A stretch of DNA of 42,666 nucleotides, taken from Patescibacteria group bacterium (GTDB taxonomy: Bacteria; Patescibacteriota; Kazan-3B-28; UBA10110). The DNA lies in contig JBAZHL010000002.1 of assembly GCA_041652335.1 (NCBI GenBank), forward strand, positions 1 to 42,666. Direction: 5' to 3'. The notes beneath the pieces were generated by a model, which ran no database searches, was not told the origin of the DNA, and saw nothing but the letters and a program-made list of their open reading frames with translations. Of this stretch, positions 24,928 through 33,968 are shown one piece after another. Position numbers and translations under genes: made by a program. Positions within the stretch are counted from its first letter, which is position 1. Every line of letters starts with the position of its first letter.

Positions 24928-25560
24928 ATGGACGAGCAAGAGCCAACTAAGGCGATGGATCAGGAGGAGATCATCATCGAAAAAGAATGGGAGCGAATTG
25001 AGCGCCTATTAGCCATGAAGCATCATTTGGCCTATGCCATGGCGGTGATCGAAGCAGATAAACTATTTAGGGAGGTGCTGGGCATCGTTAGTTTTGGCGA
25101 GACGATGCATGAAGCGATCCAAAACGTATCTGGGCAGCTATCGAACCTTAAAGGGGTGTTAGAGTCGCACAAAGTTTATGAGGATATTGTCGAGGTGCCA
25201 GGATTTGTGATCGATCGGAAAACGGCTGAACAGGCCACAGCTGTTTATTTGCAAGCTATTTTGGATTTGATGGGACGTGACTTTGAGGCGCGCGGTTGGT
25301 GGCAGAAATTTATTAACGAATGGGTATATTTTGGCGAATCACATCCACAGATGTTGCGGGGTTTGCTGGTAGGGATTTTAGTATTTTTGGTGGGAGTCTG
25401 GTTTTTGGCGGATACCGCTCTGGGGCAGTGGTTGGTTGATCTGGCAGTTGGTTTTACTCATTTTGTTTTGAGTTGGGTGTGGTGGTTGATCCTGCTTTTG
25501 GTGATCACATTGGGGGTGGTGGCGGTCAGCTGGTTCTTCTTGGAACGTCGCCGGCGCTAA
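24928..25560 (+). CDS. hypothetical protein with C-terminal TM helices
   Basis: 210-aa ORF starting 2 nt after the leuS stop. Soluble N-terminal half, two to three hydrophobic helices, RRRR tail. Confidence 0.6.
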   Translation: MDEQEPTKAMDQEEIIIEKEWERIERLLAMKHHLAYAMAVIEADKLFREVLGIVSFGETMHEAIQNVSGQLSNLKGVLESHKVYEDIVEVPGFVIDRKTAEQATAVYLQAILDLMGRDFEARGWWQKFINEWVYFGESHPQMLRGLLVGILVFLVGVWFLADTALGQWLVDLAVGFTHFVLSWVWWLILLLVITLGVVAVSWFFLERRRR

Positions 25561-25602
25561 AAAGCATCTGTTACAATAGAGAGTGCTTTTTAGGTTTTCA
25601 AT

Positions 25603-28600
25603 ATGGGTGAAAAAGGGCAATTTGTTCATCTGCACGTTCATAGCCATTACAGCTTGCTGGATGGTTTAAGTAAGGTTCCGGACTTGATCGCCAAGGCCAA
25701 AGAGCAGGGTAGCAGCGCGTTGGCTTTGACCGATCACGGGGTGATGTATGGCACGATTGAATTCTACGAAGGCTGCCTTAAGGCGGGGATAAAACCGATA
25801 ATTGGTTGTGAGGTTTATATCGTACGGGGTAGCCTGACCGACAAGGTACCAACCGCTACCGGTAAAAAAGATTATTTTCACCTGACACTTCTGGCCTACA
25901 ACTACGCCGGTTATCTTAACCTGATGAAGATCAGCACTAAGGCGCACGTTGATGGTTACTACTATCGTCCACGGATCGATTATGATTTTTTGGAGCAACA
26001 TGCCGAAGGTTTGGTGGCTATGTCCGGGTGTCTCAGGGGCGAACTGCCGTCCTCGATCTTGATGGGAGATGAAAAGCGGGTCGAAGAGCTGTTGGCCTGG
26101 CATCAGCGAGTTTTCCCTAATAACTATTACTTAGAGCTACAACATCATCCCCATCTGCCCAATCAGCAGAAGGTGAATGAAAGATTAAAAGAGATCGCTC
26201 GTGAGCGCAGTTTGCCCTTAGTGGCGACCTGCGATTCTCACTATCTCTGTGCTGATGATTCGGAGGCTCAAGATGTTTTGCTGTGCGTGCAGACTGGAGC
26301 TAAGGTTACCGACGAAAAGCGTTTTAGCATGCGAGGGGAGATCTTTGACCTGACCGATCCGAAGGAATTGGCGGATGCCTTTAGCGATGTGCCGGAGGCT
26401 CTTAGTAATACCCAGAAGATTGCCGATCAATGCGAAGTAAAGTTAGAGTTAGGCAAGATCATCTTGCCCTGCTTTGATCTGCCGGAGGGAGAGACGCCCC
26501 AGAGCCGATTATTAGATATGGTGGCTAATGGCACCCGGTGGCGGTTTGGCGACAACCCGTCGGAAGAGGTAAAGCAACGGTTGGAATACGAACTATCGAT
26601 TATCCATCAGATGAAGTACGAGTCGTATTTTTTGGTAGTCTCAGATTTTATTAATTGGTCCAAAGAGCGGGGGATAATGATCGGGCCGGGGCGGGGAAGC
26701 GGGGCGGCCAGCATGGTCTCGTATGTATTAAACATTACCGATCTCAACCCGTTAGAATACGATCTGATCTTCGAGAGATTCTTAAACCCCGAACGGATAT
26801 CGATGCCAGATTTTGATATTGATTTTGCTGATGATCGGAGAGGTGAGGCGATCGAGTATGTAGTTAATAAATACGGCAAGGAGCGGGTGGCTCAGATCGT
26901 TACCTTCGGAACGATGGCGGCCAGGGCGGCTATTCGAGATACGGGTAGAGCCTTAGGTTTTAGTTATTCTGAAGTAGATCGGATCGCCAAGCTGATCCCA
27001 TTTGGGGTGGATTTAGATGAGGCGATGAAGAATGTGGATGAGCTGAGGGGGCTCTACGATGGTGACGCCAAGATTAAAGGCTTAGTTGATTTGGCGCGCA
27101 AGTTAGAGGGGGTGGTGCGGCATACCTCGGTTCACGCAGCTGGGGTAGTGATCGCTGATCAGGATCTGGTTAACTATGCCCCTTTGCAGACAGCCAGTAA
27201 GGGGGATATCTCTTTGGTCACCCAGTATTCAATGTCGCCAATCGAAAAACTGGGCTTACTAAAGATCGACTTTTTGGGGCTTAAGAACCTCACGATTATT
27301 AAAAATACTCTTCGGATCATCAGAAAAACTCGCGAGATCGATATTGATATCTCCAAGTTACCACTGGATGATAAGCCGACGTATCAGCTACTGAGCAAAG
27401 GTCTGACGACGGGAGTGTTCCAGTTGGAAAGCGATGGGATGAAGCGAAATCTCCAGACGTTAAAGCCGACGGTGTTCTCCGACATCATCGCTATGGTGGC
27501 GTTATATCGACCGGGTCCGATCGAACTGATCCCTGATTTTATTGATCGCAAACATGGCAAAAAGAAGATCGAATATCTTCATCCTAAGTTGGAGCCGATC
27601 CTAAAAGAAACTTATGGCATTGCCGTTTATCAAGAACAGGTGTTAAGGATCGCTCGCGATCTCTGTGGCTTTACTATGGGGGAGGCGGATGTTTTGCGGA
27701 AGGCCATTGGTAAAAAGAATGAAGCGCTGCTGTTAGAGCAGAGGCGAAAGTTTGTCGATGGTGGTCTGGCTAACGGAGTGGGACAGAAGGTGGCTGAGCG
27801 CTTATTTGAATTCGTAGAGCCGTTTGCCAGATATGGGTTTAACAAGGCGCACGCCAGTTGCTACGCCATGATCGCGTACCAAACGGCTTATTTAAAAGCG
27901 CACTACCCTAACGAATTTTTAGCAGCGCTAATGACATCCGACCAGGGTGATTTAGATAAGGTGGCTAAAAATATCGCCGAGGCGGAACGGATGGGTATTA
28001 AAGTGTTGCCGCCATCGGTCAATGAGAGCTTTACCGATTTTGCGGTGGTTAAAGAGAGTGGCAATATCCGGTTTGGTTTGAACGTTATCAAAAATGTTGG
28101 GCGTAAGGTCTCGGATCTAATAGTCGAGGAACGCAAAGAACGAGGTGTTTATAGTAGTTTGGGAGATTTCTTAAACCGGGTGCCCAAGGACGCACTGAAT
28201 AAAAAAACATTAGAATCGTTAGCCAAGGCGGGAGCGTTGGAGGAATTTGGCGATCGACGAGAATTATTGGAGAACGTTGAGGGGATGGTAGAGTTTGTAG
28301 CCAGGCTGCATCGCACTGACAACACTAATCAATTAGGGATCTTTGGCGAGAGTGTGATGTCAGCTCCAACGTGGCAATTAAAGCCTGGACAACTATCAAC
28401 CGAAAAAGAACGCTTAGCTTGGGAGAAGGAGTTGTTGGGGACCTTTGTCTCCAAACACCCGTTAAAGGAGATTGGACCACAGCTGGCTGGGTTGGTAACC
28501 CCGATTGATACATTGCACGAAAGTAGCGATGGCAAGAAGGTTAAGTTGGGAGGAATTATTGCCTCGGTGCAGAAGGTTAAGACCAAAACCAACGACGAAA

Positions 28601-29124
28601 TGATGTTTATGCGGCTGGAGGATCTGACTGGTAGTTTAGAGGTAATTATTTTTCCTAAGATACTCCAAGCTTCACGAGATTTACTAACCACCGATCGAGT
28701 GGTGGTGATCGAGGGCAAGGTAAACGTAAAAGATCGAGTAAGTGATGAAGACGGGGAGATCGTGATCCGAAGCGAGGCTAAGATCGTGGCTGAAACTATT
28801 AAGGAGGTCACCGAACTATCCTTGGCCGAATTAAAACGTAACCAGGTGGTTTACCCAACTCACAGCGTGCCGGTTCCCATAGCTTTGCCGGTGTCCGATG
28901 GTGGCTTTAGGTACCAGGCTGGTAATTTGGTGGTGAGATTGCCCAAAGAGTTTGGAGCCGAAAAATTAAAATCGCTAAAGCAATTGCTAGAGCAACATCC
29001 GGGCGAGGTGGGGGTGGAGATAGAGGTGTTTGCCAAAAATATCTGGCAACGGCTAAAGACCACCACTAAGGTCTCTCAGACCAAGGATTTAGAGCGAGAC
29101 CTAATTAGAGCTCTCGCTAACTAA
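25603..29124 (+). CDS. dnaE: DNA polymerase III alpha subunit
   Basis: 1173 aa. PHP-domain start FVHLHVHSHYSLLDG, PDFDIDF catalytic motif, C-terminal OB region. Confidence 0.95.
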   Translation: MGEKGQFVHLHVHSHYSLLDGLSKVPDLIAKAKEQGSSALALTDHGVMYGTIEFYEGCLKAGIKPIIGCEVYIVRGSLTDKVPTATGKKDYFHLTLLAYNYAGYLNLMKISTKAHVDGYYYRPRIDYDFLEQHAEGLVAMSGCLRGELPSSILMGDEKRVEELLAWHQRVFPNNYYLELQHHPHLPNQQKVNERLKEIARERSLPLVATCDSHYLCADDSEAQDVLLCVQTGAKVTDEKRFSMRGEIFDLTDPKELADAFSDVPEALSNTQKIADQCEVKLELGKIILPCFDLPEGETPQSRLLDMVANGTRWRFGDNPSEEVKQRLEYELSIIHQMKYESYFLVVSDFINWSKERGIMIGPGRGSGAASMVSYVLNITDLNPLEYDLIFERFLNPERISMPDFDIDFADDRRGEAIEYVVNKYGKERVAQIVTFGTMAARAAIRDTGRALGFSYSEVDRIAKLIPFGVDLDEAMKNVDELRGLYDGDAKIKGLVDLARKLEGVVRHTSVHAAGVVIADQDLVNYAPLQTASKGDISLVTQYSMSPIEKLGLLKIDFLGLKNLTIIKNTLRIIRKTREIDIDISKLPLDDKPTYQLLSKGLTTGVFQLESDGMKRNLQTLKPTVFSDIIAMVALYRPGPIELIPDFIDRKHGKKKIEYLHPKLEPILKETYGIAVYQEQVLRIARDLCGFTMGEADVLRKAIGKKNEALLLEQRRKFVDGGLANGVGQKVAERLFEFVEPFARYGFNKAHASCYAMIAYQTAYLKAHYPNEFLAALMTSDQGDLDKVAKNIAEAERMGIKVLPPSVNESFTDFAVVKESGNIRFGLNVIKNVGRKVSDLIVEERKERGVYSSLGDFLNRVPKDALNKKTLESLAKAGALEEFGDRRELLENVEGMVEFVARLHRTDNTNQLGIFGESVMSAPTWQLKPGQLSTEKERLAWEKELLGTFVSKHPLKEIGPQLAGLVTPIDTLHESSDGKKVKLGGIIASVQKVKTKTNDEMMFMRLEDLTGSLEVIIFPKILQASRDLLTTDRVVVIEGKVNVKDRVSDEDGEIVIRSEAKIVAETIKEVTELSLAELKRNQVVYPTHSVPVPIALPVSDGGFRYQAGNLVVRLPKEFGAEKLKSLKQLLEQHPGEVGVEIEVFAKNIWQRLKTTTKVSQTKDLERDLIRALAN

Positions 29125-29172
29125 AACTTAGCTCATTGAAATTTAGTGTGAGCGCCAAAGGAGGTGATAAGC

Positions 29173-31131
29173 ATGTGGCGCGTTTTATGGTTGGTATTAA
29201 TGATTGGCTTAACCAGTTGTCCTGGCGGCCAATCAATCGTAACTAACCCAGGCACTGGGCGACTGGTGCGCTGGTCAGATCAGACGGCAGATTCGCCGTA
29301 CAAGCTGGTGTTGCTTCCGGGTTGTGTTAATACCAATGACCCCAATGGGCTGAACCTGCGTGAGATGGAGGACTATTTTGATCAACTGATCAAAAACTTT
29401 GGGCCATTGGGGATAGAGCTGTTAGGTGAACCGATTTTCGATCGGGTAGAGTTGTGGTTTTACGGCTACTACCCAACTCAGCCAATCGATAAGATCGCTC
29501 AGGACGCAGTGGCAGCGATCAAAGATAATCGCAACTTCGACAACAGCTGCATAGCAATAGTTGGGCACAGCGAAGGTGGTGTGGTGGTCTGGTTGATCGA
29601 TCAACGATATCAAGTGATGGCGGGTGGTATCCCATTGGGGGCACCGATCCTGTCCACCCCCGTGGCGGATAAATCAGTTCGGGATGCGGCGGTAAAAAGA
29701 TCGTTTCTGCTGGCCGATGCTAAGTTGATATCGGCGTTTGACCAACTGGCTATAGGCACGGAACAGTTGCGGCAGAGCTATTTAGAGACCGGTCAACCCA
29801 AAACCCGGCTAATGTTTTTTGCTGGTAGGGTTAAGGCTCCGCCAGCCACGTTCTGGCAGCGGAATCTAACCTTACTCAACGCGTTAGCGGCGTCAGGAGA
29901 CAATTTTTTTGGCGGCGCGCGCAGTAATCGTGATTTCTCTAAATTGGGGGCGATGATCATCGCCAATTCCGATTGGGGAAATAGCGAAAAGTTAGATGAC
30001 CTAAGTGATGGGTTAGTGCCAGAGTCGTCATCTACCTTGAGTGGGCAGGAGCCCTATAGTGTTTGGCCGGAGTATGACCATTGGGATCTAATCTCGGGCA
30101 AAGGCGACCTGTCGCTTCATCGTGAGATGCTGAGGTGGCTGATCAAGGTTTGGGGTCTGCGGCGAGTCTGGATCGACGCGGATCTGCCGGAGACGCCGGA
30201 TATCATCGAGCTGCCAACTGATGTGAATGATAGTATGGTTTGGGCGCGGCTGGCTTATATCAACGCGGATGGCCAGTTGACCCTGACCGATGAGAGCTGG
30301 GAGAGGTTGTATACGCTACCGGTGGCGGGGGTCCATGGCCACCCGCAGTTTGATGATACTGGCGGGAGTCTGGTGTTCGACGTTGATGATAATGGCACCA
30401 GCAATATCTATGTTATTTCAGGATCATCAGCGCGGCAGATCAGCTTTGATGGGCGAAGCCGCTGTCCGACCTGGTCGCCGAACGAACAGTGGTTGGCCTA
30501 TCAGAGTGCAGGTAACTTGGTGATCCACCAGTTGAACAAGGGCGAGCGATACGTGGTAGCCAGCCAGATCGATCAGCTGATTGGCGCTCCGGTTTGGACG
30601 GTTAGCAGACTCCAGGGTCGACTCTACTTTGTTAGTGAGACCCGCGAGTTGCGGTGGGTGAGCCCGCGCGAACGAGGAGCATCATCGACCACTTTGATCC
30701 AATCAGATTGTGGACGGCCGTTGATGGGACGAGGACCCGCTAATCTCAGTGGGCTGGTAGTTATCAGCGACAGCGGATCGACCGATGGAGTAACTCATCA
30801 ACGAGTTACGATAGTAACCGGAGCTCTAACTAATTATTTCTCCGCAGACATCAGTTATGTGCCGGATGAGTGGAACGTCGATTACGATTATGCTGCTGGC
30901 CGGATTACATTGTGGCTGGACAGACCGTTCAGTTTTACCGAGGCCGTCTACGATGTTACATATAACCATCTCTACCTGGTGGGCGAGTGGGACGGCGTCT
31001 GTGGTATCTATCTGCTGGATATCCAGGCGTTCTTGGATTGGGATAGGCCGAAGTCGGAGCTGAAGTTGTCTGAGTTTTTCTCGCTAAGGTGCAAGGGTGC
31101 TGCACAGTTAGCGATCAGGCCGTCCCCCTAA
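29173..31131 (+). CDS. lipoprotein with alpha/beta-hydrolase-like N-domain (GHSEGG) and TolB-like beta-propeller C-domain
   Basis: Start moved to the ATG at 29173, which lies 6 nt after the SD AAGGAGGTGA. Lipobox LTSC. GxSxG-type GHSEGG. WSPNEQWLAYQS propeller-type motif. Confidence 0.55.
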   Translation: MWRVLWLVLMIGLTSCPGGQSIVTNPGTGRLVRWSDQTADSPYKLVLLPGCVNTNDPNGLNLREMEDYFDQLIKNFGPLGIELLGEPIFDRVELWFYGYYPTQPIDKIAQDAVAAIKDNRNFDNSCIAIVGHSEGGVVVWLIDQRYQVMAGGIPLGAPILSTPVADKSVRDAAVKRSFLLADAKLISAFDQLAIGTEQLRQSYLETGQPKTRLMFFAGRVKAPPATFWQRNLTLLNALAASGDNFFGGARSNRDFSKLGAMIIANSDWGNSEKLDDLSDGLVPESSSTLSGQEPYSVWPEYDHWDLISGKGDLSLHREMLRWLIKVWGLRRVWIDADLPETPDIIELPTDVNDSMVWARLAYINADGQLTLTDESWERLYTLPVAGVHGHPQFDDTGGSLVFDVDDNGTSNIYVISGSSARQISFDGRSRCPTWSPNEQWLAYQSAGNLVIHQLNKGERYVVASQIDQLIGAPVWTVSRLQGRLYFVSETRELRWVSPRERGASSTTLIQSDCGRPLMGRGPANLSGLVVISDSGSTDGVTHQRVTIVTGALTNYFSADISYVPDEWNVDYDYAAGRITLWLDRPFSFTEAVYDVTYNHLYLVGEWDGVCGIYLLDIQAFLDWDRPKSELKLSEFFSLRCKGAAQLAIRPSP

Positions 31132-31146
31132 GGGACGGTCTTTTTT
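31120..31146 (+). terminator. intrinsic terminator overlapping the stop codon of 29173..31131
   Basis: CCGTCCC-CCTAA-GGGACGG followed by TCTTTTTT. Confidence 0.75.
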
Positions 31147-31198
31147 GCCCCTTGCCACCCAAAACCCTTTCTGTTAACATAGCGGGGTATATAAACCT

Positions 31199-31744
31199 AT
31201 GGCTAAAAGCTTAGTCCAATCTAAATCCAAATTACCCGAGGTTCACCCCGGGGATATCGTTCGGGTTCACCAGAAGATCAAAGAGGGTGACAAAGAGCGG
31301 GTCCAGGTGTTTGAGGGTATTGTAATTAAAACGCATGGGCACGTTGGCCCCAATGCCAGCTTTACGGTTAGAAAGATCGCCTCTGGCGTGGGGGTAGAGC
31401 GGATCTATTTGTTACAGTCGCCCAATATCGTAAAGATCGAATTTAAAAAGGGTTCAGAGGTTCGTCGTTCCAAGTTGTACTACCTTCGCGATCTGTCAGG
31501 GAAGGCTCTTAAAATGAAGGATAAAAAGATCGATCGGGATGTGTGGGAGTTAGTGGCCGCCACCGATGAAGAGCAGGCTCCTACCGAAGAGGAGTTAGCT
31601 GAGGCGGTTGAGGCGGCTAAAGAGCAAGAGGCTGCCGTTACCCCGGCTTCCGAGGAGCCTTCGACCACGCCCGCCGCTGATGATACAGTAGAGGCGGAGG
31701 TGCCGACTGATGAGTCCGATAAGACGGAAGAAAACCCAGCCTAA
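31199..31744 (+). CDS. rplS: 50S ribosomal protein L19 with acidic ~65-aa C-terminal extension
   Basis: GDIVRVHQKIKEGDKERVQVFEGIVI...FTVRKIASGVGVERIY is the L19 core. The tail is E/A/T/P-rich. Confidence 0.95.
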   Translation: MAKSLVQSKSKLPEVHPGDIVRVHQKIKEGDKERVQVFEGIVIKTHGHVGPNASFTVRKIASGVGVERIYLLQSPNIVKIEFKKGSEVRRSKLYYLRDLSGKALKMKDKKIDRDVWELVAATDEEQAPTEEELAEAVEAAKEQEAAVTPASEEPSTTPAADDTVEAEVPTDESDKTEENPA

Positions 31745-32369
31745 CTTTAAGTTTGAACGGGAGCTGAGATCCCAAGGTCATTTGTTGGTAGCGGGGGTAG
31801 ATGAAGCGGGGAGAGGAGCTTGGGCTGGACCAGTAGTTGCAGCAGCAGTAGTGCTGCCTTTTTTAAATCGATCGTACGGCATTAACGATTCAAAACTACT
31901 AACTCCGCTACAACGGGAGAAGGTGCTGTTAAAGGTTTATCAGTTAGCGATCGATATTGGTATTGGGATAGTTGAGAATCACGAATTAGATGAGATGGGC
32001 GTGGGGCAAGCCACCTACTTGGCTATGCGACGAGCGGTAGCCAACCTATCACTTACGCCAGAGTTCATCTTGGTTGATGGTTTCCGAGTTGGTTTTTCGG
32101 GGGCGCCGTCGATGGGAATTATTGATGGAGACCAGAAATCGTTATCGATTGCGGCGGCTTCGATTGTAGCCAAGGTAGCGCGGGATCGAATGATGGATGA
32201 GATCGATCAGATCGTTCCGGGCTATGGCTTGTCTGTGCATAAAGGCTACGGCACCGCTTTTCATCAAATTAAACTGCGAGAGCTGGGCGTATCAGACTGG
32301 CACCGCCGAAGTTTCCGTCCAGTTAAAACGGCAGTTTCGACCACGGCTAATCTGCAGTTATCGCAGTGA
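31710..32369 (+). CDS. rnhB: ribonuclease HII
   Basis: AGVDEAGRGAWAGPVV active-site motif. Overlaps the rplS tail by 35 nt. Confidence 0.9.
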   Translation: MSPIRRKKTQPNFKFERELRSQGHLLVAGVDEAGRGAWAGPVVAAAVVLPFLNRSYGINDSKLLTPLQREKVLLKVYQLAIDIGIGIVENHELDEMGVGQATYLAMRRAVANLSLTPEFILVDGFRVGFSGAPSMGIIDGDQKSLSIAAASIVAKVARDRMMDEIDQIVPGYGLSVHKGYGTAFHQIKLRELGVSDWHRRSFRPVKTAVSTTANLQLSQ

Positions 32370-32719
32370 AGGGATATACCTTAGGCCAGGCCGGCGAGGC
32401 GGTGGCCAGCAAGTTGCTGGTTATCTTGGGATTTGATGTGTTGGAGCGTAACTTTACTTGCCCATTGGGTGAGGTCGACATTATCGCTCAACATCAGAAG
32501 GTCAGATATTTTATTGAGGTTAAGACGCGCTCGGGGGTGGCGTTTGGCCAACCCGGGGAAGCGGTTAACCCCAATAAACAACAGCGTCTGAGACGATTAG
32601 CCAGCTACTATATAGTAGCCAATCGCTACCCGGGTCCGGTGGACTTTGGGGTGGTCGAGGTGATCTATAGCGCTACCAGTCGCCGTTACCAAGCTATCTT
32701 CTTGGATCATGCCTTTTAA
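32366..32719 (+). CDS. yraN: YraN-family (UPF0102) endonuclease-like protein
   Basis: 117 aa. GEVDIIA...FIEVKTR motif. ATGA-type overlap with rnhB, which is the conserved rnhB-yraN pairing. Confidence 0.85.
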   Translation: MKGYTLGQAGEAVASKLLVILGFDVLERNFTCPLGEVDIIAQHQKVRYFIEVKTRSGVAFGQPGEAVNPNKQQRLRRLASYYIVANRYPGPVDFGVVEVIYSATSRRYQAIFLDHAF

Positions 32720-32728
32720 CCTCTGTAT

Positions 32729-32756
32729 TTGACTTTCCCCCGAGATATGATAAATT
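32729..32756 (+). promoter_or_regulatory. candidate promoter in the nusA leader
   Basis: TTGACT (32729..32734), 16-nt spacer, TAAATT (32751..32756). Confidence 0.45.
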
Positions 32757-32770
32757 GACTTTGTTGGATG

Positions 32771-32794
32771 AAGTGGGTGCAGCCCACTTTTTTA
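32771..32794 (+). terminator. intrinsic terminator/attenuator hairpin 18 nt upstream of the nusA ATG
   Basis: AAGTGGG-TGCAG-CCCACTT running into TTTTTT. Located downstream of the candidate promoter and upstream of the SD AAAGGAG. Confidence 0.6.
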
Positions 32795-32811
32795 AGAGCT
32801 AAAGGAGTACC

Positions 32812-33963
32812 ATGGATTCATCCCAATTTATGTCTGCGATCAATCAGATTGCTGAAGAAAAGGGCATCCCCAAAGAGGTGGTGTTAGAGACGGTCGAAGC
32901 TGCCTTAGCGGCTGCTTACCGTAAGGATTTTGGACAGAAAGAACAGACGATCGTGGCCAAGATCGATCCGGAAACCGAAAAGACTCGGATCTTTGTGGTA
33001 CATAAAATCGTCGAGACCGTGGAGGATCCAATGAAGGAGATCTCCCTTAAAGATGCAAAAAAGATCGATAAAAAAGCTGAATTAGAAGGCGAGATTAAGG
33101 AAGAGGTTTTCCCGCCAGCAGAGTATGGCCGAGTGGCCGCTCAAACTGCTAAGCAGGTGATCTTGCAACGGTTGCGAGAAGCTGAGCGCGACATTATCTT
33201 TAACGAATATCAGTCAAAGGTTGGCCAGTTAGTTCAGGGTGTAGTTCAACGGATCGAGGGCGATGTGGTAATGATCGACATCGGTAAAACCTCCGGCATT
33301 CTTTTCCCGTCTGAGCAGTCTCGAGCCGATCGCTACTACGTTGGCCAACGCTTTAAAGTCTATGTGGTTGAAGTTCAATCCGGCGGACGCGACCCGCAGG
33401 TAGTGGTCTCCCGCGCGCACCCGGATATGATCAAGCGGTTGTTCGAAATGGAGGTGCCAGAGATCACTGCTGGTACGGTAGAGATCAAGGGTATCGCCCG
33501 AGAGGCTGGGGTCAGATCTAAGGTAGCGGTGTTATCACACCAAGAGGCGATCGATCCAGTGGGGTCGTTAGTAGGTCGGCGCGGGGTACGGGTTCAGGCA
33601 GTGATGGCTGAGATCGGTGAAGAGAAAATCGATATTGTATTGTGGGACGCCGATGCTAAGCAGTTTATTACTAACGCGCTGGCTCCGGCTAAGATCGATG
33701 AGGTAGAGCTCCACGAATCAGCAAAAACCGCTAAAATTAAAGTGCCCAGTGATCAGCTGTCATTGGCGATCGGTAAGGCTGGCCAGAACGTCAGATTGGC
33801 GAGTAAGTTAACCGGTTGGCAGATCGAGGTTGATAAAGAAGGGATGCCATTGCCGGGGGCAGCCGCAGAAGTGACGGCGGAACCAACCGAGGAAGTGGTA
33901 ACGGAAGAAGATGGGGAAGCCGCTCCTCCGCCAGAAACGAGTGAAGAACCAACTCAATCTTAA
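32812..33963 (+). CDS. nusA: transcription termination/antitermination factor NusA
   Basis: S1 and KH region motifs (VQGVVQRIEGDVVMIDIG, GRRGVRVQAVMAEIGEEKIDIV, AIGKAGQNVRLASKLTGW). Confidence 0.95.
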   Translation: MDSSQFMSAINQIAEEKGIPKEVVLETVEAALAAAYRKDFGQKEQTIVAKIDPETEKTRIFVVHKIVETVEDPMKEISLKDAKKIDKKAELEGEIKEEVFPPAEYGRVAAQTAKQVILQRLREAERDIIFNEYQSKVGQLVQGVVQRIEGDVVMIDIGKTSGILFPSEQSRADRYYVGQRFKVYVVEVQSGGRDPQVVVSRAHPDMIKRLFEMEVPEITAGTVEIKGIAREAGVRSKVAVLSHQEAIDPVGSLVGRRGVRVQAVMAEIGEEKIDIVLWDADAKQFITNALAPAKIDEVELHESAKTAKIKVPSDQLSLAIGKAGQNVRLASKLTGWQIEVDKEGMPLPGAAAEVTAEPTEEVVTEEDGEAAPPPETSEEPTQS

Positions 33964-33968
33964 GCTCG

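Noticed and set aside
25666-28811. Numerous 60-160-aa minus-strand ORFs inside dnaE, and similar ones inside leuS, clpC and virB6-like
   Set aside because: They are antisense to long, motif-supported genes, and their translations are low-complexity.
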